The notes under the pieces are model-generated. The model made no database searches, was not told the origin of the DNA, and was given only the letters and a program-made list of their open reading frames with translations. From an uncultured Planctomycetota bacterium (GTDB lineage Bacteria > Planctomycetota > Planctomycetia > Isosphaerales > Isosphaeraceae), in the NCBI GenBank assembly GCA_963823665.1, contig CAWGMQ010000010.1, positions 1,984,001-2,048,000 on the forward strand: a stretch of 64,000 nucleotides of DNA. Direction: 5' to 3'. Positions 1 to 10,000 of this stretch are shown piece by piece; positions within the stretch are counted from its first letter, which is position 1; each line of letters opens with the position of its first letter. A program made the position numbers and the translations under genes.

Positions 1-377
1 TTGAACGCTCGCTCGTTCCGCTCGGCTTTGAGCGCAAACGCCAGTTTTCCTTGAACGGCCGATTGCCTCCCTGAGGGGCCTCTCCACTTCAGGCGTCGTC
101 GCATACGCGGCTCCGGAGTCGAAACGAGAACGGTCTTCGGACGATCGGTACAGAAGCGGGGGCAAGAGGCTGTCGCGATCGCGGGCGGGCCAGTGATGCT
201 TGAGCCGGATCATCCGCTCTGGTGGGCCAATTCCATGTTATCCTGAATTGAGCTATACCGCCCCGCGAACAGATGCGAGATATTATGAAGGCCCTGGCGA
301 CCAGGCGTCTGCGCGGAGTCGCCGGGTCAGAGCGCCACGCTCGAGCGGAGATCGACACGAAGGCCCGAGGGAACCTG

Positions 378-1724
378 ATGGCGGATCGCCCCACTTCCAC
401 GAGCGCATTTCATGCGGTGCGCTCGCCCACCTTCGCGGCGCTCGCGCATCCTGATTTTCGCCGGTTCTACATCGGGCAGGGCATCAGCCTCGTGGGAAGC
501 TGGCTCCAGGCCGCCGCGGTGCGCTGGCTCGTTTTCGAACAGACCCGCTCGGAGTTTATGCTCGGCATCGTCGAAATGGCATCGCTCCTGCCCGGCATCC
601 TTGTGGGCTTGTACGCCGGCGCCCTGGCCGATCGCGTGCCGCCGCTGCGGATGGTCCTGCTCATGGAATGCGCCCAGATGGCGCTGGCCTTTGCCCTGAC
701 TGCCTTGGTCGGTTTTCAGATCGTGCATATCTGGCAGATGGCGCTGATTCTGGCTCTCACGCGAATCTGCGTCACCTTTGAAATACCCAGCCGTCAGGTA
801 CTGTTCTTCGAGCTGGTCGGCTCCGAAGTGCTGTCGAACGCGATCGCGCTCAACACTGGTCTCTTCAACGCCACGCGGGTGCTCGGCCCGGCGCTCGCCG
901 GTGTTGGCCTCACGCTCTTCGGTGCAACCGGCTGTTTTGCGCTCAACGGCGTCAGCTTCATCGCCGCCATTGCCGCCGTGCTCTCGATCAAGCTCGTTCA
1001 TCAGCCGCGGCCCCATCATCGCGAATCGTTCAGCGTCGGCGTCGTCCTTGGCGGTCTGCGCTACCTGCGTCACGACCGAAGGCTGTTCGCCCAGTTCGCG
1101 CTCGTCGCCTTTTTCGGGGTGGTCGGCATGGGCTATGAAGCGATGATCCCCGCCTATGCCGCACGAGTGGTTTATACCGGCGTGCGCGGATACAGTTTGC
1201 TGCTCGCCTGCAGCGGAATCGGCGCCACACTGGGCGCGCTCGTCGTCGCTTCGCTCTCCGGAATGCGCCGCAAAGAGCGGCTCACGCTCGCCGGTATGGC
1301 CATCTTCGGAGTCGCCCTGGCCGCGGCGGCACTCCTGCCGGGCTGGCTCTCGTCGGACACGGGCCAGTTCCTGAGGCTCGCTTGCGGTGCGTTCTGCCTG
1401 CTTTCAGCCGGCTTCGGAGCCGTGCTTTTCTATTCGTCGTCGATGATGATCATCCAGACCCCGGTTCCGGATCAGTTGCGCGGGCGGATGATGGGAATCT
1501 GGATGATCGTCTATTCGGGCTCGGTGCCGCTGGGCGCGCTCTGGACCGGCATCGCCGCTCAGGCGTGGAGCGTCGCGCTCGTGATGGGACTTTCCGCAGC
1601 GGTCTGCGTGATCACGGCGGTGCTCGTGCTGCTCTCGGGCGTCCTCGCGGGGCCCATCCACGCCGCGGCAACCGCGGCGTCGCTCAAAGGGACTGACGCG
1701 ATTGATCGGAGCTCAGCAACCTGA
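378..1724 (+). CDS. MFS transporter (DUF894/MFS_3-like)
   Basis: About 12 hydrophobic segments; N-terminal FAALAHPDFRRFYIGQGISLVGSWLQ; motif A-like AGALADR; C-terminal PDQLRGRMMG. ATG 378 follows GAGGG. Confidence 0.9.
   Translation: MADRPTSTSAFHAVRSPTFAALAHPDFRRFYIGQGISLVGSWLQAAAVRWLVFEQTRSEFMLGIVEMASLLPGILVGLYAGALADRVPPLRMVLLMECAQMALAFALTALVGFQIVHIWQMALILALTRICVTFEIPSRQVLFFELVGSEVLSNAIALNTGLFNATRVLGPALAGVGLTLFGATGCFALNGVSFIAAIAAVLSIKLVHQPRPHHRESFSVGVVLGGLRYLRHDRRLFAQFALVAFFGVVGMGYEAMIPAYAARVVYTGVRGYSLLLACSGIGATLGALVVASLSGMRRKERLTLAGMAIFGVALAAAALLPGWLSSDTGQFLRLACGAFCLLSAGFGAVLFYSSSMMIIQTPVPDQLRGRMMGIWMIVYSGSVPLGALWTGIAAQAWSVALVMGLSAAVCVITAVLVLLSGVLAGPIHAAATAASLKGTDAIDRSSAT
1461..1519 (+). 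repeat. Left copy of a 59-bp imperfect direct repeat (inside the MFS gene)
   Basis: 52/59 identical to 11152-11210 by manual alignment. Confidence 0.85.
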
Positions 1725-1789
1725 TCGGTGGTGCAGCGGGCAGACCACCGCGGCCCCGAAGCTTCGCGCCCTGCGGCGAAGCGCGACGG

Positions 1790-1925
1790 CGAGGTCGTCA
1801 AGTTTCATGCGGAGTGGATTCGGCATGAGGAGGAGCTATTTCGGAAGTATCGCTTCGCGGCGTTCCTTTCCCTGGCTGCCGGTCGCCCCGGACCCGCCCG
1901 CGCGACCCGATCCGCTGTGCGATGA
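1790..1925 (+). pseudogene. C-terminal fragment of a planctomycete paralogous family ending in 'KY..AA..PWLPVAPDPP'
   Basis: FHAEWIRHEEELFRKYRFAA in one frame continues as FPWLPVAPDPP in the next; no N-terminus or start codon; family recognised from memory. Confidence 0.4.
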
Positions 1926-3598
1926 TACTATCCCCACGATGCGGACGGGTCGTCAGGACGCCGCTCGCGCGCCAGTGCCTCGCGTGCGGCCTTGACTGGC
2001 ACTCGTGAACTATAATCCGGGCTTTACTGGCAGTCGGGCGATAGAAAACTCGAATTGCAGGAAACCTGGCCGAGAGTTGTGCGACGCCACCGCCGGTGAC
2101 CCCGGTCCCTTGCACTGAGAGATACCAACAGTTGCTCAAACCGCCCAGTGAGGCCAGGCCCGTATCGGTGACGCGAGTGCCGGACAAATTGAGATGTTCG
2201 AGCTTTGAGAGGTCCCCGAGGCAGGCCAAGCCAGCGTCTCCAACCCGGGTATGCGATAAGTCGAGATGGAAGAGCCCTTTCGATCGTGCCAGGATCACCA
2301 TGTCGGCGTCCCCCACCGCCGTCCCGTTCAGACCGACCCACTTCAGCTCGGTCAAGTGGCCCAGGGGAAGCAGGGAATCCAGCCTGGGGGAATTGAGCAC
2401 CAGGCACCAGAGATCGGTCATGCCGCCGACGTGGCGAAGTCCCGCGCCCGAAATCCAAGGAGATTCGAGGCGAAGCTGGCGGAGCTTCAATCCCGACAGA
2501 TGGGCGAGACCGGCGTCGGTTATGCCGCTGCTGGAGAGCGTCAGGACCTCCAGAGACGTGAGCCCCCCGAGGTGAATCAGGTCCTCGTCTTTGAGCGGCA
2601 ATTCCAGGAGTTCGAGCCGCTTGAGTTGATTCATGTCCCGGAGGTGGGCCACCCCCGGACCGCGAACGCCGGTCCGGCTCAGGTTGAGCCGTTGCAGTCG
2701 GGGGAGGCCGCGCAGGTAGGCCAGGCCCGCGTCGGACACCGAGGGATGAGAGGCCGGGCTGAAATCGAGTTCTTCGAGGTCCTCGAGGCGGGCGATGTGG
2801 GCCATCACACCGTCGTCGGGTTCGCCGATCGGACTGCCGTTGAAGCCGACCCAGACGACCCTCCCGAAGTGATCGGGGCCGAGGCGAGCCATGGTCGATT
2901 CCCACCACGTCGGGTTGACGGGGCGCCCCGCCACGCGACCCTCCGGCTCCCAGTGGTACCGCACCGAACCGCCGGCCCGCTTGATCGCGCTCACGGCCTC
3001 GCGCTGGAGCCGGGCCCGGTGGAGGTGCAGCCCGAGCAGGCCCCCGAGGACGAGCACGGCGACTATGAGGCCCCGGACGCTCATGCGGGGTCTCCAACCC
3101 CAGCGGGCGCGCCGCTTGGGGACCGCTCCAGCCGCCGGGACGATCGGCCTGATGTAGAGATAGCGGTCCCGCCAGCGCGTGGCACACGCGACCCTCGCGA
3201 CGAGGGGCGAGAGGCCCAGCAGGAGCGTGCCGAGGAAAAGGCCCCCGGGCCAGAAGAAGCGCGCCGCCAGGTTTCCGAATGGGGCCCCGAGCACGACGAT
3301 CGTCGTCAGGAAGAGCCAGGCCATCAAGGTGAGGCCGATCGCGAGCAGAGGGGGATTCCTCAAGATCGTCCCGACCTCGACGCGATGATCCCCTTCCGGG
3401 GCGATGTCGAGTCGGACCGGTTTGCTGCTCAATGACGGGTTCATCGTCGCAGTGATCTCGTGGAGACCGGTGCGCGACCTCAATCTCGACGGTCTTCTCG
3501 CTGCCGATCGAGGCGACCGGGGTGCCGTCCAGGTGGATCTCATAGGACTGACGGACATCGGGCCACTGATGCAATCGTCTAAGGATGAGCTTCGCCAT
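1798..3598 (-). CDS. Membrane-anchored leucine-rich-repeat protein (RI-like 24-aa LRRs), frameshifted near 3475
   Basis: MAKLILRRLHQW..EIEVA (from 3598) continues in another frame as TGLHEITAT..; TM segments; RMSVRGLIVAVLVLGG leader; repeats of LxxLxLSxTxVxDAGLxxL. The 3' end is uncertain. Confidence 0.8.
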
Positions 3599-3726
3599 GC
3601 CTCATCTCCCCTCGGGCTTCTCGCCGACCACCGTCGAGAATCCTGTGTTCGGCCCACCCGTGCCAGGTCGCGGTATCGTCCCGCACCCGACTGTCCGCGC
3701 CAACTAGAATTCAAGCGTTACGGCTG

Positions 3727-4275
3727 TCACTCAGCTTCGAGATCATGAGCGAGCCACTTGTCTTTCGTGACTTCCCCTAACTCGACGCCCAGCGCGTCGG
3801 AAACGTCACGCTGGAAAAGCGGCCAGAGGATATCGGCGTCCGCGTCGAGATCGAGAACTCCGGCCTCGGGAACCTGCCCGCGAACGAAGTCAAACAACTC
3901 TCCGACTCTGATGTCCGGTGGCTCATTCTTGATCCACATCTTGCGGAGCTGATCTCTGGTGAGCTTTACGCCGAAATGCCGCTCAAGCCGAAATGCCAGA
4001 TCGATCAGGTCGATTCCCATGGAACCTTCCGCCAGTCGTCGCTTCTGCCCGTTGACCCACACAGCGCCCGCTTTGTCAATCTTGACCTTGTCGCCGGTCC
4101 GCACCGAGCCATAAGCCCTATCATCGACCCCGGGGATGCCGTCCTTGAAGCGGAACTCCGACCTTTCATTCGACCTCGAGGTGTCGACAACCTGCACGGC
4201 CTTCTGTGATTTGGAGCATCCCACGCATGAGATCGTCAGGGCGATCGGAATCACCGCGGAAACCATCCGCTTCAT
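3727..4275 (-). CDS. Putative lipoprotein domain fused in frame to a circularly permuted ACP-like domain (ACP-like part 3727-4020)
   Basis: Signal and lipobox-like MKRMVSAVIPIALTISCVGC; MGIDLIDLAFRLERHFGVKL aligns to ACP helix II; C-terminal DVSDALGVELGEVTKDKWLAHDL aligns to ACP helix I and its loop. Confidence 0.55.
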   Translation of the reverse strand: MKRMVSAVIPIALTISCVGCSKSQKAVQVVDTSRSNERSEFRFKDGIPGVDDRAYGSVRTGDKVKIDKAGAVWVNGQKRRLAEGSMGIDLIDLAFRLERHFGVKLTRDQLRKMWIKNEPPDIRVGELFDFVRGQVPEAGVLDLDADADILWPLFQRDVSDALGVELGEVTKDKWLAHDLEAE

Positions 4276-4546
4276 GAGTCGCCTCCTCCTGTGCCTGTCA
4301 ACTCTCGCTACTAAACGACCCTTTACACCGGCAGTTCGACGTAACTCGTTGAACGACGTCTCGGATTTCGTCGATGCAACGGGGATATTCACCCTTTACA
4401 CATCGGACATTTGTAAATCGCCCATCTGGTGATTAACAGACGTCCACGATTCGGATGCTCGCCAGCTTCCAATGATACCGCGCTGCGACGTTTGTCGCAG
4501 CAGGGTCGAAAAGGTGAACCCTCGCCGGTTCATGGTCAGTCGGGCC

Positions 4547-6485
4547 TTATCTCGCGCTCTTGGCGAGCGTGAAATCGGCAATCCACACGGTCCCCGTCTG
4601 ATCCCCGACGTTGAATTGGATCATGTTCTCGGCGGCAAGGTCCTTGGCCTGGAACTTATATTGATAGTCCTGCCACGCTTGGGTCAGGCGGACCTCCTGG
4701 AGCAGGCCAATGCCATGGTAATCGGGCTCATCGATCGATCCAACGAGAAAGATCCGGCGCGGGGCGTCCGCCTTGGCGCGGAACCGGACCGTGTAGGTCG
4801 CGCCAGCCTGGGGATCGTCGAACATCCTGATGATTCTTACATGCCAATTGTTTCCATCCACGGCGGCGACGGCGATCCGGCAAACGTTTTCTTCGATGGC
4901 CAGGGTTGCCTTGGCGGTGCCGAAGAGCTCCAGCGCGCACAATCGGGCAGGCTCGACCGGCATCGGCTTACTTCCCGACTCATCCTGCTCGGGATGCGCC
5001 GCATGCGCCGGCGAGTCTTGCCAGTCCAGTCCGATCTCGGCGAGCTGCGCGCGGATGCGGGGGATGTTCCAGATCACCAGGCTGCCGTCGGAAAAGCCGA
5101 CAGCCAGCAGCTCGCGATTGGGGCCCCACGCCAGGCCCCAGTTGGTGCCATACTCCTCGGGCAAGGCCAGCAGGAGTTTCTTCCGGTGCAGGTCCCAGAC
5201 GGTGATCGCTCCGGCGCCGCCTGCGCCGCCAGCAGTGCGTCGTCGGAGCTCAGGGTGACCCCACCGGCGAGACCGCGATCCCTTGCTCCCTCGAAGTCGT
5301 CCGGACCGGAGTATTTGACCGTCCGAACTGAAAGCGACGGCGGGAACTCCGCCGACGTGCGCGCCCACGACGAGCTTCTCGCGGGCCCCAGCGAGGTGCC
5401 AGATTTGAACTGCGTTGTGCTGCCAGTTCCCACGACCGACAAGAGACTTGCCGTCCTGGCTGAAACGGACAGCCCAGGCACTGGCCTGTTTCAATGTGGC
5501 GACTTCCCGGTTCGTTACCATCTCCCAGAGACGAATGAGCCCGGATTGGTGATCCGCAAATGCCACCAGCTTTTCGTCCGGGCTGAAGCGGACCGAACGA
5601 CATTCCCCGAAGCGCGCGACAGTCAGCTGCTCGAACTGAGGTCCCTCAAGCACAGCAACCCCCGAATTGCCGGCATAGGCCAGATAATGGCCGGTGCTGC
5701 TGAAGACGAGCTCGGGACGACAGCGTGAAGGAATCCGACACCGCCGGCCGATCGCGGGCGTCGGCCGTCTTGTCCTGCGGGCATACGACATCCTTCTGCA
5801 CCGCTGTAGCGTCCTCACCGTCTTCGTCATTCGTCCTGTGGAACTCGCCCGTCAAGAGCGAGCGGGCCACCTGCGCAGCCGGGATTTCCGGGCGCGAGCG
5901 GCGCGGTTGGCCTAGAGTGAGCGTGCTGCCAGCCCGGGCCCCGCCGGACTGCAAGTGCTTCAACTCGTCCAGCACCTCATCCAGCCCCAGGCCCTGGATG
6001 AACTGCATGACGTAATACGGCAGGCCATCGTGCTCGCCGACGCCGAAGACAGGGACGATATTGGTGTGGTGCAGCCGGGCGGCCGCTCTCGCTTCGCGCT
6101 CGAACCGCCGCTTGGCCTGCGCCTCCAGCAGCATACTATTTGGCAGCACCTTGAGCGCGACGGGCCGCCCCAGCGAGACCTGCTCGGCCTCGTAGACAAT
6201 GCCCATGCCGCCCTTGCCGACTTCGCGGATGATGCGATAATCCCCAAGTTGCTGCAGGGCGGGAGACGGCGGTGCGGCTGCGTGCTCGTCCGCTTCGAGG
6301 TGATCTTCCTTGACCTGCTCGATCTCCACCATGGCCGGGAACAGCTCGCGGATGTCGTCAGCCAGCTCGGGATTGCGGTCGATGTATTCCTGGAGCGGAG
6401 GCCGTTCGCCGGCCCGGTACCGCGCGGCGAACTCGTCGGCAAGCCGTGTGAGCAGGATGTAGTTGGCGGAGCTGGAGGTGGACGT
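4547..6485 (-). pseudogene. Internally deleted Ser/Thr kinase-WD40-CBM4/9-like gene
   Basis: The 5' part closely matches the kinase at 7046-10936 (SANYILLTRLADEF, GKGGMG, VALK) up to DSFTLSS, then jumps out of frame at ~5714 into late WD40 repeats and a C-terminal domain (GATYTVRFRAKADAPR..FNVGDQTGTVWIADFTL). HRD and DFG are missing. The codon after AAGGAG is ACG (6485). Confidence 0.8.
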
Positions 6486-6532
6486 AGCGTGTCTCCTTTT
6501 TGCTTTGCTACTTTGCCCGGATTCGCCTTGAG

Positions 6533-6631
6533 CTGCGGTGGCGCCTCCGCCAATCGAGACACGAGACGCATGTACTCGATCCCGGCCTTCCGCTGCACGA
6601 TTGAGACCATGTCCGTATCAAGGATTAGCAC
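6533..6631 (-). pseudogene. Truncated PIN-domain (VapC-like) toxin
   Basis: PIN strand-1 motif MLILDTD.. overlapping the antitoxin stop; similarity ends after ~33 aa. Confidence 0.65.
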
Positions 6632-6869
6632 GTTTCAATTTTCCTCCTCGCGGCCGCAACGATTCGCGGTATTCTCTGCCCAAACGAACAATCTCCTCGA
6701 ACACCGGATCATCCTTGAAGCGCCCGGCGTCCTCCAGCCACCACGGTCGATTGGGATCGGCCGGCCGCGAAATCTTTGCGTCCAGCCGTCGGACCACTTT
6801 TTCCAGGGCATCGAGCCTGTCAGCGAGTTGGGCGATTGTCATCGACTGGTCTCCTGGCCTTTTGGCCAC
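6618..6869 (-). CDS. Putative VapB-like antitoxin
   Basis: Small coiled coil followed by PWWLEDAGRFKDDPVFEEIVRLGREYRES, directly upstream of the PIN stub. Confidence 0.65.
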   Translation of the reverse strand: MAKRPGDQSMTIAQLADRLDALEKVVRRLDAKISRPADPNRPWWLEDAGRFKDDPVFEEIVRLGREYRESLRPRGGKLKRANP

Positions 6870-6915
6870 AGTTCCACTCAGTCCTTCCGTTCTTCAGATC
6901 GAATAGACACCATAG

Positions 6916-6999
6916 TCGTTCGCCGGCCCGGTACCGCGCGGCGAACTCGTCGGCGAGCCGAGTCAGCAGGACGTAGTTGGCGGAGTTGTCGGCTGCCAA
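6916..6999 (-). pseudogene. 28-codon N-terminal stub of a third paralogous kinase
   Basis: AGGAG plus TTG, then AADNSANYVLLTRLADEFAARYRAGER, almost identical to the N-termini at 6485 and 10936. Confidence 0.8.
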
Positions 7000-7045
7000 G
7001 AATTATGAACTCCTGTGTCACGCAAAAAAAGCTGGGGCAACCACG

Positions 7046-10000
7046 TCACCGCACCGGCGGCCCGCCGAGCGTATCCAGCCGTTCCCGCAACTGGTGCCAT
7101 GTGTCGCCGTCCAGCACTTGAATGACACCCTCGGAATCAAGTTTCATCCCGGTGACGACCTGTGCCCAGAGCTCGATCCGCTCCAGGCCGCCCTGGACAG
7201 GAGCGGGCAATTCCCATAGCCGCGCGGTGTTATCTCCACATGCGGTCACGATCCTTTTGCCTTCGGGGCTAAAGACGACGGCCCGCACACGTCCCGGGTG
7301 TTGCAGAGGTGTACCAATCGGCTTCGCTGTGGCCGCATCCCACAGGCGGGCCGTGCCGTCCACGCTCCCTGTAAGGAGCATTTTGCCATCGGGACTGAAA
7401 GCAACCGTCCAAACTTTCCCCTGGTGCCGCATGGGCCCGCCGATGGGGGCGCCGGTCGTTGCATCCCACAGATGGGCGATTTCATCCTCGCCTGCGGTTG
7501 CCACCGTCTTGCTATCCGGGGTGAAGGCGGCGGCGAAGAAGCTAGTTTCGGCGACGCGATGCTGCATGGGCTGTCCAATGGCTTTGCCGGTTGCAGTTTC
7601 CCAAAGTTTCACGGTCTGAACAGCGAAGCTTGCGGTCAAGCATGTTCTCCCGTCGGGGCTAAAAGCGACTGCGTCGACCGGGCCATCGTGAGGCGGGGTT
7701 AGGATCCTGAGCAATCCACCGGTGGCCGAATCCAGGAGCCAGGCCGTGCCGGTCCGGCTTCCCGTCAGTAGCAGACTTCCGTCTGGACTAAACGCCATAG
7801 TTAAGGATGGTCCCTCCAGATGGGGTGGGCCGATCGGTTGGCCTGTGGCGGCATCCCAAAGGTGGACCTCTTCCCTTGTTGCTGTCGCCACGATCTTACC
7901 GTTCGGGTTGAACGCCGCGATGTTCCAGCCACGATTGATGCCGTCACTATTGCATTGCAGGGCACGGTGAATCGGCTCACCCGTGTCCACATTCCAAAGC
8001 TGTGCTGTCCCGTCACTGCTGGCGGTCAGAATCGTTTTGCCGTCGGGACTGTAGGCGACAGCCCAGACGCCGCCCCGATGACCCCTGAATTGTCTCAGTT
8101 CTTTTCCGGTCGTTGCATCCCAGAGGCGCGCGGTCTTGTCGATGCTTCCCGTCAGTACGGTTTTTCCACCTGGGCTGAAGGCCACGGCCATCAGAATGCC
8201 CTGATGTCGCAACGGCGTGCCGAAGGGGTCGCCGGTGCCGACCTCCCAGAGCCGGACGGTCTGATCCGCGCTCGCCGTGAGGACCGATTTACCGTCTGGG
8301 GTGAAGGCAACGGCTGTGACGGGGCCACCGTGCGACAACACAGGCAGCAGCGGCTTGCCGTTGTCAGCCTGCCAGAGGCGGAGCGTTTTGTCCTTGCTCC
8401 CGGTGGCGATGATTTTTCCGTCCGGGCTGAATGCCACGGAATACACGTCGTCCTGATGCACGAGCGGCTCGCCGATCGGCTGGTGCGTGGCCACATCCCA
8501 GCGCTGCGCTACGTTGACAGTGACACAGGTTACGATCGTTTTGCCGTCTGGGGAAAAAGCCAGGCCGTGTACCCCACCTTGATGCATAAGAGGGGCGCCA
8601 ATGGGCTTGCCGGTACCGGCCTCCCATAGCCGGGCTGTTTGGTCCCCGCTCCCGGTCAGGATGAGCTTGCCGTCCGGGCTAAAAGCGATCGCCCAAACCC
8701 CGCCTTGGTGGTGCATTACTGTTCCGAGGGGCGAGCGCGCAGCAGCGTCCCAAACACGAGCTGTTCCGTCGTCGCTTCCTGTCAGGATCGTCTTCCCATC
8801 CGGACTGAAAGCCACAGCACGAACCGCACCTTGGTGTTCGAGCGGCGGCCCGAGCGGCTTGCGGCTGGCCACGTCCCAGAGGTGTGCCTTGAAACCGTCG
8901 CCTCCTGTCAGCACGGTCTTCCCATCAGGGCTGAAAACACCGGGTATCGCGACTCGAGGCCCGATGCCCGAGGCCTCGCATTGATGGTGAGGCAGCTCCA
9001 GAACGAGCCTGCCGGTAGGCGTCTCCCACAAGCGCGGTCTCCCGTCGGTGCCGCCCGTGAGGAAGAGCTTGCCGTCGGGACTGGCTGCCAACGCCTCCAG
9101 CGGGCATGGCGTGTGCCAGACGGCTTGTAGACGATGCAAGGAAGCCCGCCAGCGCGCGATATTGGTCCGAATGTCTCGCTCCAGGTCCGGATCACCCGCC
9201 GGAGCAAGTTCCAGGCTTCGTGCCATCCAGATCAATCCTTGCCCCGTATTCCCTTGCTGGCAGAGGCTCAAACCTCGTTCCAGGGCCAGGCGGGCCGAGA
9301 GTCGATGGCTTTGGTGCTGCGCTTCCGCGGTCAGCGCGCGTTGGTTCGTCGCGTCCTCCAAAGCCAGATGGGTGCGCTCCTGTTCTCGGCGAAGTTGCAG
9401 CACGAAGGAATAACCAACCGCCAAGGTTGCCAGGGCCGCCAGGACCAAAAGGGCCAGGAGTGAGGCTGCGGCTCCAGCCGGATGTCGCCGGCACCAGCGC
9501 CACAACCGCTCCGCTGGGCTTACCCGCCGGGCCTTGATCGGTTCATCCTCGATGAACCGCTGCAAGTCCTCGGCCAGCGCTGCGGCTGAGCCGTAACGCT
9601 GTCTGGGGTCCTTGTCGATTGCCTTGTGAACGATCGTCTGGAGATCCCGGGGCACGTGCCGGTTCAGCTCGCCCAAGCGCGCGGGCTCTTCTTGCGTCAC
9701 CTGCCTGATCAGCCGGTTCCGCTCCCTCTCATCAAACGCCGGCCGAAACGCCAACATTTCGTACAGCGAGAGACCCAGGGAGTACACGTCGCTGCGGGCA
9801 TCGGTCTTGCCCTCGAACGCTTCCGGCGGCATGTAGCGCAGCGTGCCGAGGATGTCGCCGGTGTGCGTCAGATTCTGCTGATCGTCCGCCTTGGCGAGCC
9901 CGAAATCCGTGACCCACACCGTCCCCTGCGTGTCCAGGAGCAAATTTGACGGCTTGATGTCCCGGTGATTGATCCCTTGCTTGTGCGCGTACTCGAGCGC

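Noticed and set aside
5960..6631. 223-aa ORF as a full PIN toxin
   Set aside because: Only the first ~33 aa are PIN-like; the rest is off-frame read-through of the kinase pseudogene
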